Below are positions 36,570 through 44,549 of a DNA stretch of 64,000 nucleotides, one piece after another. The notes beneath the pieces were generated by a model. It had not been told where the DNA came from. It saw only the letters and a list, made by a program, of their open reading frames with translations, and made no database searches. Where the stretch lies: assembly GCA_964539645.1 (NCBI GenBank), contig CAZIJV010000008.1, forward strand, positions 19,461 to 83,460, given 5' to 3'. The translations under genes and the position numbers were made by a program. The DNA is from an uncultured Syntrophobacter sp. (GTDB lineage: Bacteria; Desulfobacterota; Syntrophobacteria; Syntrophobacterales; Syntrophobacteraceae). Numbering within the stretch: position 1 is the first letter of the stretch; every line of letters starts with the position of its first letter.

Positions 36570-38792
36570 ATGGACAAGAAGATCGCGGTATATATCTGTT
36601 CGGGATGCGGCATCGGGGATGCCCTCGACATAGACCAGCTCAGTACGGTCGCAACAGATGAATGTAAAGCCCCTGTTTGTAAGAATCATCCCAACCTCTG
36701 CAGCGCCGAGGGCGTGCAGATTATCAAGGACGATATTGCAAACGATGGTGTGAATACGGTCATAGTCGCCGCCTGTTCGCAGCGCGTTATGTACGATGTT
36801 TTCAACTTCGAGGGAACCATCCTGGACCGCGTCAATCTGCGTGAGCAGGTCGTCTGGAGCCACCCGGCCAACGACGAAGACACCCAGATGATGGCCGAGG
36901 ACTACCTGCGCATGAGCGCCGCCCGGATGAAGCAGACCCTGCCCCCCGAGGCCTATCAGCCCGAGCAGGAAATGTCCAAAGACATCCTGGTCGTCGGCGG
37001 CGGGACCACCGGTATGACCGCGGCGCTCGAAGTGGCCAAGGCCGGGTATTCGGTCGTGCTCGTGGAGAAGGAAAACGAACTGGGCGGTTTCCAGAAAAAC
37101 GTTTCCAAGAATGTCACCTTCCCCTTCAAAGAAGTCCAGGCCAACGATATCGACAAGCTGGTCTCACAGGTTAAGGGCAACGACAAGATCAAGGTGCTTA
37201 CCGGATCGAAAATCGAGAAGCTCTCCGGCGGCCCCTGTGTTTTTAACGCTACGGTGAAGCAAAACGGTTCGACCAGCGATCATCACATCGGCGCGGTCGT
37301 CCTTGCAGCCGGCTGGAAGCCCTACGATCCGGAAAAGCTGGACAAGAAGCTCGGCTACGGCGCTTCGCCCAACGTAATCACCAACGTTCAATTCGAGGAA
37401 CGCGCCAAGTCCGGCAAAATAGCCAGGCCTTCGGACGGCGGGGCGGTCAAAACGGCTGCTTTCCTGCAGTGCGCCGGCCAGCGCGACCCGGAACATCTGG
37501 CTTACTGCTCCTCGGTCTGCTGTTTTACCGCTCTCAAGCAGGCGATCGAAATCAAGCAGCAGGACCCGAAGTCCAACGTGTTCGTCTTCTACAAGGAAAT
37601 GCGCACTCCCGGCCAGGGCGAGGATTTCTTCAGAAAGGCCCAGCAGGAAGGCGTCATTTTCGTGCGTTCACAGGACCCTGAAGTTGTGGTCGCTGGAAGC
37701 AAGATCTCCGTTAAGGGACATGACGAACTTCTGGGCGACGATATAGTCCTGGAAGATGTCGACATGGTTGTGCTTGCAACCGGTATGATGCCCGTGACCG
37801 CATTTGGGGAGGATTTCAAGGCGAAGAAGCAGGAAGAGGGCGAAGAAAAGAAAGATGAGGTCGCCGTTCCCGCCGACGCCATTCTGGTCTCCGATGTTCT
37901 GAACCTGGAATATCGCCAGGGACCGGAGCTTCCCGGTCTCCAGTACGGGTTCCCCGATTCGCATTTCGTCTGTTTCCCCTATGAGAGCCGCCGCACCGGC
38001 ATCTATCCGGCCGGTCCGGTTCGCCGCCCGATGGGTATCGCCAATGCGATGGAAGACGCCACCGGCGCCGCAATGAAGGCCATCCAGTGTGTCGAGCTTA
38101 CCAGCAAAGGCAATGCGGTTCATCCGCGCGCCGGCGATATGAGCTTCCCGGAATTCTTCATGCAGCGTTGTACACAGTGCAAGCGCTGCACCGAGGAATG
38201 TCCGTTCGGCGCCATCAATGAAGACGAGAAGGGCAATCCGCTTCCGCAGCCCACCCGGTGCCGCCGCTGTTCGGTGTGCATGGGCGCCTGCCCCGAGCGT
38301 ATCATCTCCTTCAAGAACTATTCGGTCGGTATGATCGGCGATATCATCAAGTCGATCAATGTCCCGGACGAATACGAGGAAAAGCCGCGCATCCTCATTC
38401 TGTCCTGCGAAAACGACGCCTATCCAGCGCTGGATATGGCAGGGCTTCGCAGAATGCAATACAATGCCTGGGTGCGCGTGATTCCCGTTCGCTGCCTTGG
38501 CTCGCTTAACCTGGTGTGGATCGCCGACTCGCTCTCCAAGGGCATTGACGGCATTCTGCTGCTGGGATGCCGCCATGGCGACAACTACCAGTGCCACTTC
38601 GTCAAAGGCAGTGAACTTGCCAGCATCCGCCTGAGCAAGGTTATGGAAACTTTGAACCGGCTCGTGCTTGAGTCGGATCGTGTACGGTTCGAGACAGTTT
38701 CGATTACTGATTACGAAAAGCTCCCCGCTCTCCTCGATGAGTTTGCTGAAAAACTCGTAGAAATCGGTCCGAACCCCTACAAGGGATACTAA
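36570..38792 (+). CDS. qmoB: Qmo complex subunit B (HdrA-like + ferredoxin + MvhD-like C-terminus)
   Basis: 740-aa ORF with LVVGGGTTGMTAALEVAKAGYSVVLVEK, FLQCAGQRDPEHLAYCSSVCCFTALK, CTQCKRCTEECPFGA and CRRCSVCMGACPE. C-terminal MvhD-like part: ILSCENDAYPALDMAG...LLLGCRHGDNYQCHF. Confidence 0.92.
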   Translation: MDKKIAVYICSGCGIGDALDIDQLSTVATDECKAPVCKNHPNLCSAEGVQIIKDDIANDGVNTVIVAACSQRVMYDVFNFEGTILDRVNLREQVVWSHPANDEDTQMMAEDYLRMSAARMKQTLPPEAYQPEQEMSKDILVVGGGTTGMTAALEVAKAGYSVVLVEKENELGGFQKNVSKNVTFPFKEVQANDIDKLVSQVKGNDKIKVLTGSKIEKLSGGPCVFNATVKQNGSTSDHHIGAVVLAAGWKPYDPEKLDKKLGYGASPNVITNVQFEERAKSGKIARPSDGGAVKTAAFLQCAGQRDPEHLAYCSSVCCFTALKQAIEIKQQDPKSNVFVFYKEMRTPGQGEDFFRKAQQEGVIFVRSQDPEVVVAGSKISVKGHDELLGDDIVLEDVDMVVLATGMMPVTAFGEDFKAKKQEEGEEKKDEVAVPADAILVSDVLNLEYRQGPELPGLQYGFPDSHFVCFPYESRRTGIYPAGPVRRPMGIANAMEDATGAAMKAIQCVELTSKGNAVHPRAGDMSFPEFFMQRCTQCKRCTEECPFGAINEDEKGNPLPQPTRCRRCSVCMGACPERIISFKNYSVGMIGDIIKSINVPDEYEEKPRILILSCENDAYPALDMAGLRRMQYNAWVRVIPVRCLGSLNLVWIADSLSKGIDGILLLGCRHGDNYQCHFVKGSELASIRLSKVMETLNRLVLESDRVRFETVSITDYEKLPALLDEFAEKLVEIGPNPYKGY

Positions 38793-38805
38793 AAACTGGC
38801 CGGAA

Positions 38806-38832
38806 ACCGCCCCTCATCCTATGGGGGGCGGT
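38806..38832 (+). other. GC-rich hairpin in the qmoB-qmoC spacer
   Basis: ACCGCCCC (38806-38813) pairs with GGGGCGGT (38825-38832) across an 11-nt loop. There is no T-tract, so it is not a classic terminator. Confidence 0.4.
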
Positions 38833-38877
38833 ATTCCGCTCCGGCTTGCCGGACTACCCGCCTTAGGAGGTAAAGGG

Positions 38878-40062
38878 ATGAGCACCAAAGTTGACCCAAC
38901 GTTAATCAGGGAATTGGAGGAATATGGGCTAAAGGATGCAAGTAAATGCTACAATTGCGGCAATTGCACCGCGATTTGCGATCTGGCGACCCCCGAGAAC
39001 CCCTTTCCAAGAAAGATGGTCCGATACATTCAGCTCGGTCAGAGAGACAAAATCCTCAAATCACCCGAACCCTGGCTCTGTTACTACTGTGGCGACTGCT
39101 CCGTAAAATGCCCCCGCGGAGCGGACCCCGGCGAGACAATGATGGTTCTGCGCCGATATCTCACTTCTCTCTATGACTGGACCGGTTTTGCCAAAAAATT
39201 CTACACCTCTGAAAAATTCGAAATTATGGCCGTAGCCATTGTGGCGTTGCTTGTCGGCCTGGGACTGCTCGTTTTTCATGCTGATAACATCGACTGGAAC
39301 CATGCCCGCCTGAATTCCGTGTGGCCCGCGCACGCCATTGAAAAAGCGGATCTCGTGATGGCCGCCGTATTATCCTTCTTCCTGCTCAGTAACGTCTTCC
39401 GGTGCGTTAAGATTGTGATGGGAGAGTACTTGAGTAAAGTCCCTCTCAGCTTGTATGTCAGTGAGTTGAAGCTCCTTTTGACTCATGTCGCCACGCAGAA
39501 AGAGTTCGGAAAGTGCAAGGACAGGCAGCAGTGGATCGTCCACCTGGCGATCATGACCGGATACGCTTCGGTGTTTCTCATGGTCGTGGTTTTTATAAAC
39601 GGACTGGGTATTGAGAGCCTCATGTTCCAGCGCGACAGGCCCGGCGCCGAGGAATACTCCATTTTCCATCCCATCCGTCTTATCGGCTATTACGCGACTT
39701 TCGCCATCATGTACGGCACCACTTATGCCCTGATCGGACGGTTGAAGAAAAGTAAGCCGCAGTACAAGAATTCCCACGGGACCGACTGGATGTTCCTGAT
39801 TCTCCTCCAGTTGACCACCATGACCGGTATCTTCATCAATTTCACCCGTATCCTCGACTGGCCGTTCGCCACGTACGCAATCTACGTGATTCACATGATG
39901 GTGGCCATTCCGATGCTGGTTCTGGAGGTTCCCTTCGCCAAGTGGGCACATCTGGCGTACCGTCCTGTGGTTCTTTTCCTGATGAAGGTCAAGGCCAGGT
40001 ACATTGCGGAGCAGGAAGTCCCGGAACCCGCTCTGGCCCCTAAACCGGTCGTCGGAACCTGA
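38878..40062 (+). CDS. qmoC: Qmo complex subunit C (HdrC-like FeS domain fused to HdrE/NarI-like membrane cytochrome b domain)
   Basis: ORF 38821..40062 trimmed to the ATG at 38878, after AGGAGG. CYNCGNCTAICD and CYYCGDCSVKCPRGA are followed by about six hydrophobic helices with conserved His (HADNIDWNH, THVATQ, HLAIMTGY, IHMMVAIP). Confidence 0.9.
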   Translation: MSTKVDPTLIRELEEYGLKDASKCYNCGNCTAICDLATPENPFPRKMVRYIQLGQRDKILKSPEPWLCYYCGDCSVKCPRGADPGETMMVLRRYLTSLYDWTGFAKKFYTSEKFEIMAVAIVALLVGLGLLVFHADNIDWNHARLNSVWPAHAIEKADLVMAAVLSFFLLSNVFRCVKIVMGEYLSKVPLSLYVSELKLLLTHVATQKEFGKCKDRQQWIVHLAIMTGYASVFLMVVVFINGLGIESLMFQRDRPGAEEYSIFHPIRLIGYYATFAIMYGTTYALIGRLKKSKPQYKNSHGTDWMFLILLQLTTMTGIFINFTRILDWPFATYAIYVIHMMVAIPMLVLEVPFAKWAHLAYRPVVLFLMKVKARYIAEQEVPEPALAPKPVVGT

Positions 40063-40085
40063 TAAGCCTGTTTTTTAGGAAATAT

Positions 40086-40127
40086 AAAGAGCCCCGTCAG
40101 TAGTACATGACGGGGCTCTTTGTATTT
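40086..40127 (+). terminator. rho-independent terminator after qmoC
   Basis: Perfect 14-bp stem, AAAGAGCCCCGTCA (40086-40099) / TGACGGGGCTCTTT (40108-40121), with an 8-nt loop. It is followed by GTATTT. Confidence 0.8.
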
Positions 40128-40311
40128 GGTGGGGCCGACTCCCCGCCCTTGTGATGGTGGGCGTGACGATACCCGATTTCTTCATTATGCGGAGCAGTAC
40201 TTAGATTTAAGATTGGATCCCCGGCGACTTTTAACAACCATGGTTGACATGGCCGGGGAAAAGGATTAGAGCAAACGCCTACTTGCGCGACTTGAACGGA
40301 GAGTCTCACAT

Positions 40312-41199
40312 ATGAAGGAAAAAATAGGGTTCATCGGGCTTGGAATAATGGGTTCCGCTATGGCGGCGAACATTGCGAGGGGCGGGTATGAACTCATGGT
40401 GTATAACAGGACCCCGAAGGAAATGCCGCCCCTGACCGCCCTGGGAGTACGAACCGCGCCGGGCGCCAGGGAGTTGGCGCAATGGGCGGATGTGATCATT
40501 GCCATGGTTACCGGCCCGGATGCGATAATCGATCTTCTGTGGGGACCGTATGGCGTGGCGAAGGTGCTGGACTCCAGCAAAGTGTTCATCAACATGAGCA
40601 CTATTTCCGACAAGGTCACACGAAAGCTTGCAAAGAGGTTGGGGACCGCAGGAATTCCCTTTATCGACGCTCCCGTTTCAGGATCGAAAAAGCCCGCTGA
40701 AGACGCCACCCTCCTGATTCTTGCATCGGGTGATCCGGCTCTTGTCGAGCGCTACACACCACTTCTGGGGGCCATGGGCAAAAGGGTGGTCAATTGTGGA
40801 GCAGCGGGACAGGGAACCGCCATGAAGCTCATGAACAACCTCCTGCTTGCATCGCTCATGGAAGGATTTGCCGAAGCTCTCAATTACGGAAAGCAGGCGG
40901 GACTGTCGATGGATTCCATGCTCCAGGTCATTCTGAGCGGCCCCCTGGCCTGTCCTCTATTCGAGATGAAGGTCAAGATGATGCTGGAGGACGATTTCCC
41001 TCCCAATTTTCCGCTGAAGCACATGGCCAAAGACCTCAAATTCGTGATCGACTCTGCCTATGAAAAGGGGATACCGGCGCCCGCCGCTCAGATGCTCCTG
41101 CACCTGTTCAGCACGGGAGTCACGAGGGGATGGGGCAAGCTCGATGTGGCGGCCATACTGAAAGTATTGCAGCATTTAAATTCTGTTGAGGATAATTAG
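40312..41199 (+). CDS. NAD(P)-dependent beta-hydroxyacid dehydrogenase (3-hydroxyisobutyrate dehydrogenase family)
   Basis: 295-aa ORF with IGFIGLGIMGSAMAANIARGGYELMVYNRT, DAPVSGS and AGQGTAMKLMNN. HMAKDL matches the family catalytic-Lys region. Confidence 0.88.
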   Translation: MKEKIGFIGLGIMGSAMAANIARGGYELMVYNRTPKEMPPLTALGVRTAPGARELAQWADVIIAMVTGPDAIIDLLWGPYGVAKVLDSSKVFINMSTISDKVTRKLAKRLGTAGIPFIDAPVSGSKKPAEDATLLILASGDPALVERYTPLLGAMGKRVVNCGAAGQGTAMKLMNNLLLASLMEGFAEALNYGKQAGLSMDSMLQVILSGPLACPLFEMKVKMMLEDDFPPNFPLKHMAKDLKFVIDSAYEKGIPAPAAQMLLHLFSTGVTRGWGKLDVAAILKVLQHLNSVEDN

Positions 41200-41265
41200 C
41201 ATTATTGATTGGTCGTAGTTTTGGATTTCTTATTTGAAAATTATTCAATCAAGGGACAGGGCGAG

Positions 41266-41496
41266 ATGGCAAAAGAACCTCAGATCGTGCATTCATTCCC
41301 CAAAAATCCACTCGAGGAAGTAAGGTCGTCGGTAACGGTCTACAAAGGAAAAGAATACGTCGACATTCGCATCTACTACAAGGGGGATGACGGCGAGTTT
41401 CATCCTTCGAAGAAAGGGCTGACTATTTCAGTGGATCTTTTCCCGGAGTTGGAAACGGGAGTACAAAAACTTAAAGAGGCTCTGGAGGAGGGATAA
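41266..41496 (+). CDS. PC4/YdbC-like single-stranded DNA-binding transcriptional coactivator family protein
   Basis: ORF 41209..41496 trimmed to the ATG at 41266. EEVRSSVTVYKGKEYVDIRIYYKGDDGEFHPSKKGLTISVDLF matches the bacterial PC4 pattern (fkGk.yvDIR.wy..dG...PtkKGisl). Confidence 0.7.
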   Translation: MAKEPQIVHSFPKNPLEEVRSSVTVYKGKEYVDIRIYYKGDDGEFHPSKKGLTISVDLFPELETGVQKLKEALEEG

Positions 41497-41593
41497 GCCG
41501 GGTATCTCTTTCGGAGTTGCCGCAAAGAAGATAAAGCAGACCGGTTAACCCGAGGATGAGGCGCCGGGCGGTCCGAGCGAAGGAAAACAATGG

Positions 41594-41833
41594 CTATCCT
41601 CCGCCCACAGGCGGAAAAAGCGCAACCCGCTCGCTCCCTTTCAGAACGGTTTCCCAGTCTGCCGCCACGCCTTCGACCATGATCAGCTTGACTTCTTCCT
41701 CGGCGATGTCAAGCCTCCCGGCGAGTTCGCGGACAGTGGAACCGGCTTCGATGTCCATAAAATAGCCGGTCTCTCCGTTGTACTCCGGCACATATTTTCT
41801 AAGAGTAGCAGCAAGCATCAGTCTAACGGGCAA
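41594..41833 (-). CDS. MoaD/ThiS-family ubiquitin-like sulfur-carrier protein
   Basis: 79-aa ORF ending in ...RVALFPPVGGG. The C-terminal Gly-Gly and the size are typical of the beta-grasp sulfur-carrier family. Confidence 0.75.
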   Translation of the reverse strand: MPVRLMLAATLRKYVPEYNGETGYFMDIEAGSTVRELAGRLDIAEEEVKLIMVEGVAADWETVLKGSERVALFPPVGGG

Positions 41834-42024
41834 TGGCGCCTCCCGGATGAGTGCGTTTGTCTTCGCTTCGCTCCGGTTCTCTTCATCTCACTTGCACTAT
41901 TTCCCGCAGGCAGTATTGCCCACGGGCGTCGTCGGCAGGAAATGCTCTTGTCTTTCCTGTATGAGGTTGCCTGGCATCAACCCGTTACCGGCGACGAACG
42001 CCGCGGCTGATCGAGCTTTGATCG

Positions 42025-42291
42025 CTAAGAGGCGGCATGCCTGTAGACCCGCTTGATCTGCACATTCGATATCAGGGCAGTGAAGTCCTTGCCCTGCTGC
42101 AGGTCCACCTTGAGCGAACCGCTGTCTATTTCCATATACCTGGAAAGGACGGCGATAATGTCTTTTCTGACCGCATCCATGATGTCGGGGGTAATGTCCA
42201 TTCGGTCATGCATCAGGACGACTTGCATTCGTTTCCGTGCAACCTGTCTACTGGACTTATCACCGAAAAAGCGCCGCAGTATACCGAGCAT
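42025..42291 (-). CDS. minE: cell division topological specificity factor MinE
   Basis: 88-aa ORF with N-terminal MLGILRRFFG.KSS...AKxR and the LQVVLMHDR-type motif. It lies directly downstream of minD. Confidence 0.92.
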   Translation of the reverse strand: MLGILRRFFGDKSSRQVARKRMQVVLMHDRMDITPDIMDAVRKDIIAVLSRYMEIDSGSLKVDLQQGKDFTALISNVQIKRVYRHAAS

Positions 42292-42305
42292 TGGCCTTTC
42301 TCCTT

Positions 42306-43097
42306 TCAGTTCCAGATAAGCCGTTTCATGCGGCCGAAAAATCCGTCTGACCCGTCCTCATCATGCGGGATGCTCTCACCGTTGAGGCGGGAGGCTATCC
42401 GTCTGAAAGCTGCTCCGGCCTTGCTGCCTCTTTCATGAACCAGTGGTACGCCCCGGTTTGTGGAGACCACTACTTCCTCACTCTCCGGAACAACACCCAG
42501 AAGCGGGATCGAAAGAAGGGATATGATATCTTCGGTGGACATCATGTCTCCCTTCTTGACCATCTTTACGTTCAACCTGTTTATGATCAGGTGAATATTC
42601 CTCAGCATCGCGGCTTCCAGCAGGCCGATCACCCTGTCCGCGTCCCGGATGGCCGAGACTTCAGGGGTGGTGACCACCACGGCGGTATCCGCCCCGGCGA
42701 TGGCATTTTTGAATCCCTGCTCGATGCCCGCGGGGCAGTCAATAATCACGTAATCAAAGTCGCCGGCGAGTTCGGCGCACAGCTCTTTCATCTGCTCCGG
42801 ATTGATCGAGTTCTTCTCCCTGGTTTGTGCGGCCGGAATAATGAAGAGGTTTGACAGTTTCCGGTCCCTGATCATTGCCTGCTCTTTCCTGCACTTGCCT
42901 TCTATAATATCGACCAGGTTGTAGACAATCCGGTTTTCGAGGCCCATTACCACGTCGAGGTTACGCAGACCAATGTCGGTATCCACCATTACAACACTGT
43001 GTTTTTTCTTCGCCAGTGTCGTCCCGAGATTGGCCACGGTAGTGGTCTTCCCGACCCCGCCCTTGCCAGATGTAACTACGATTGTTTTACCGGCCAT
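42306..43097 (-). CDS. minD: septum site-determining ATPase MinD
   Basis: 263-aa ORF with the deviant Walker A VVTSGKGGVGKTT, plus DTDIGLRNLD, IIDCPAGIE and a C-terminal amphipathic helix. Confidence 0.95.
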   Translation of the reverse strand: MAGKTIVVTSGKGGVGKTTTVANLGTTLAKKKHSVVMVDTDIGLRNLDVVMGLENRIVYNLVDIIEGKCRKEQAMIRDRKLSNLFIIPAAQTREKNSINPEQMKELCAELAGDFDYVIIDCPAGIEQGFKNAIAGADTAVVVTTPEVSAIRDADRVIGLLEAAMLRNIHLIINRLNVKMVKKGDMMSTEDIISLLSIPLLGVVPESEEVVVSTNRGVPLVHERGSKAGAAFRRIASRLNGESIPHDEDGSDGFFGRMKRLIWN

Positions 43098-43134
43098 AAA
43101 TCACCTGTTATTGTTTTTGAATTAAACGTTCACC

Positions 43135-43839
43135 TCAAAGCGAAATCACCTGGATCATATCGTTTTGAATTTCGGCCACCTCGAAGCGCCTGGGAGAAGT
43201 CTTGCCGCCCCGTGGAGGTACGGCCACCAGATCGGCAATTCTGATCTGGTTCGGTTCTATGCTCAGAGCCCAGATCCTGGCGGAGCGTTCGCCGCCGGCG
43301 CCTGCGTGTGCAAGTCCGCGGAGCGTACCGAAGACGACTACGTCTCCGGCTGCCACTATTTCGGCGCCGGGATTGACGTCTCCCAGTACAACACAGTCCG
43401 ACGGGGAAACGACTCGAACTCCGGACCGGCAGGTGTTGCGCACGATTACCGGAGAGTCATCTTCCCTTTGTTTTGCTAGCCCGGAGGATGCCGAGCGGGC
43501 TTTTCGCAGCTCTCCTTCCACTGAGAAGGAAAGAGCATCGCTCAGGCGCACCTCGACCAGCTTCACCTTGGATTTTTCGTAAAGCCTGCTGTAGAGCGCC
43601 GCTATCTCATCCGTGCTCAAAGGCCTGGTCCTGAGGTCCAGGACCATGTCCGTCTTATGGAAGAAATCATGCGACTGAGCAAGTCGCTCTTCCATGTAAG
43701 CCAGGATGGACTCAAATGACGCCGCAGGATCTGGAACGAGTATGAAACCGTTCCTGTCGGCTTTTACCTGTACGGGTGGCGCTTCGGTTAAGGACATAGC
43801 ATTTGCCCGATGAACCTGAAAATGCCGCCGGAACGGCAT
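43135..43839 (-). CDS. minC: septum site-determining protein MinC
   Basis: 234-aa ORF upstream of minD. The C-terminal beta-helix repeat pattern is typical of MinC (GDVNPGAEIVAAGDVVVFGTLRGLAHAG). Start uncertain; the ATG at 43797 is an alternative. Confidence 0.85.
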   Translation of the reverse strand: MPFRRHFQVHRANAMSLTEAPPVQVKADRNGFILVPDPAASFESILAYMEERLAQSHDFFHKTDMVLDLRTRPLSTDEIAALYSRLYEKSKVKLVEVRLSDALSFSVEGELRKARSASSGLAKQREDDSPVIVRNTCRSGVRVVSPSDCVVLGDVNPGAEIVAAGDVVVFGTLRGLAHAGAGGERSARIWALSIEPNQIRIADLVAVPPRGGKTSPRRFEVAEIQNDMIQVISL

Positions 43840-43934
43840 GCTGACCAGGATTGTCCGCGAACGAGTTGACCCCGGGTTGAGCGGATTATCTGTGGACTAA
43901 AGATGAGAACTACCCCTCCTGTTACGGGACAACA

Positions 43935-44549
43935 TTACCTTAAATTCGCACCGGTGGGCAAGAGCCATTCTTTCAACTGCATCCAGTTCTCGATCCTGAT
44001 GAGGCCATCGGCAGCCTGGCCGCGGTTCCACGGCTGGTTAAAAAGAAAAGGCTGGATTCCGGCGTCTCTGAGTTGCCTGCATGTCTCGATTCGGTCTTCA
44101 ACAAAATAGCGGATCCCGAGTTCGTTCAGAATGCCGAGCTTGATTTCCGGAGCACCGGAAGCAATCACGCGAATTCTTTCGCCGGGCACCGCAGGCAATA
44201 CCTGAGAGAGCCATTGTGTGATGGATTCAGGCCATATGCGGGCGGTAACGAAGCGCAGAGGGGCAATTCGGGAGAGTTCGGTGAGCACTTCGGGAGCGCC
44301 CGGAACCGGTGGTATTTGCAGGGTGTGCTCATCGTCGAGAGTCAGGCAGACGAGATCATCGATGATTTCTTTCCCCAGGTCCAGGCATTCGTACAGATTG
44401 TAGCAACTCAGGTCTTCCTTGGTCATGGAGGTCAGGCCGTAGCGCTCGTGAGCCAGCCTGATGAAGATATCCATTGTATCGGCGACCACGCCGTCAATGT
44501 CAAAGGCAACGAAACTGGGATCGATAGGGGAGAAGTGCCGGCAAATCAT
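43935..44549 (-). CDS. HAD-superfamily hydrolase, 5'(3')-deoxyribonucleotidase (NT5C)-like
   Basis: 204-aa ORF with the FDIDGVVAD HAD motif I, VTAR (motif II region) and YFVEDR (motif IV region). It overlaps the upstream gene's stop by 4 nt. Confidence 0.7.
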   Translation of the reverse strand: MICRHFSPIDPSFVAFDIDGVVADTMDIFIRLAHERYGLTSMTKEDLSCYNLYECLDLGKEIIDDLVCLTLDDEHTLQIPPVPGAPEVLTELSRIAPLRFVTARIWPESITQWLSQVLPAVPGERIRVIASGAPEIKLGILNELGIRYFVEDRIETCRQLRDAGIQPFLFNQPWNRGQAADGLIRIENWMQLKEWLLPTGANLR

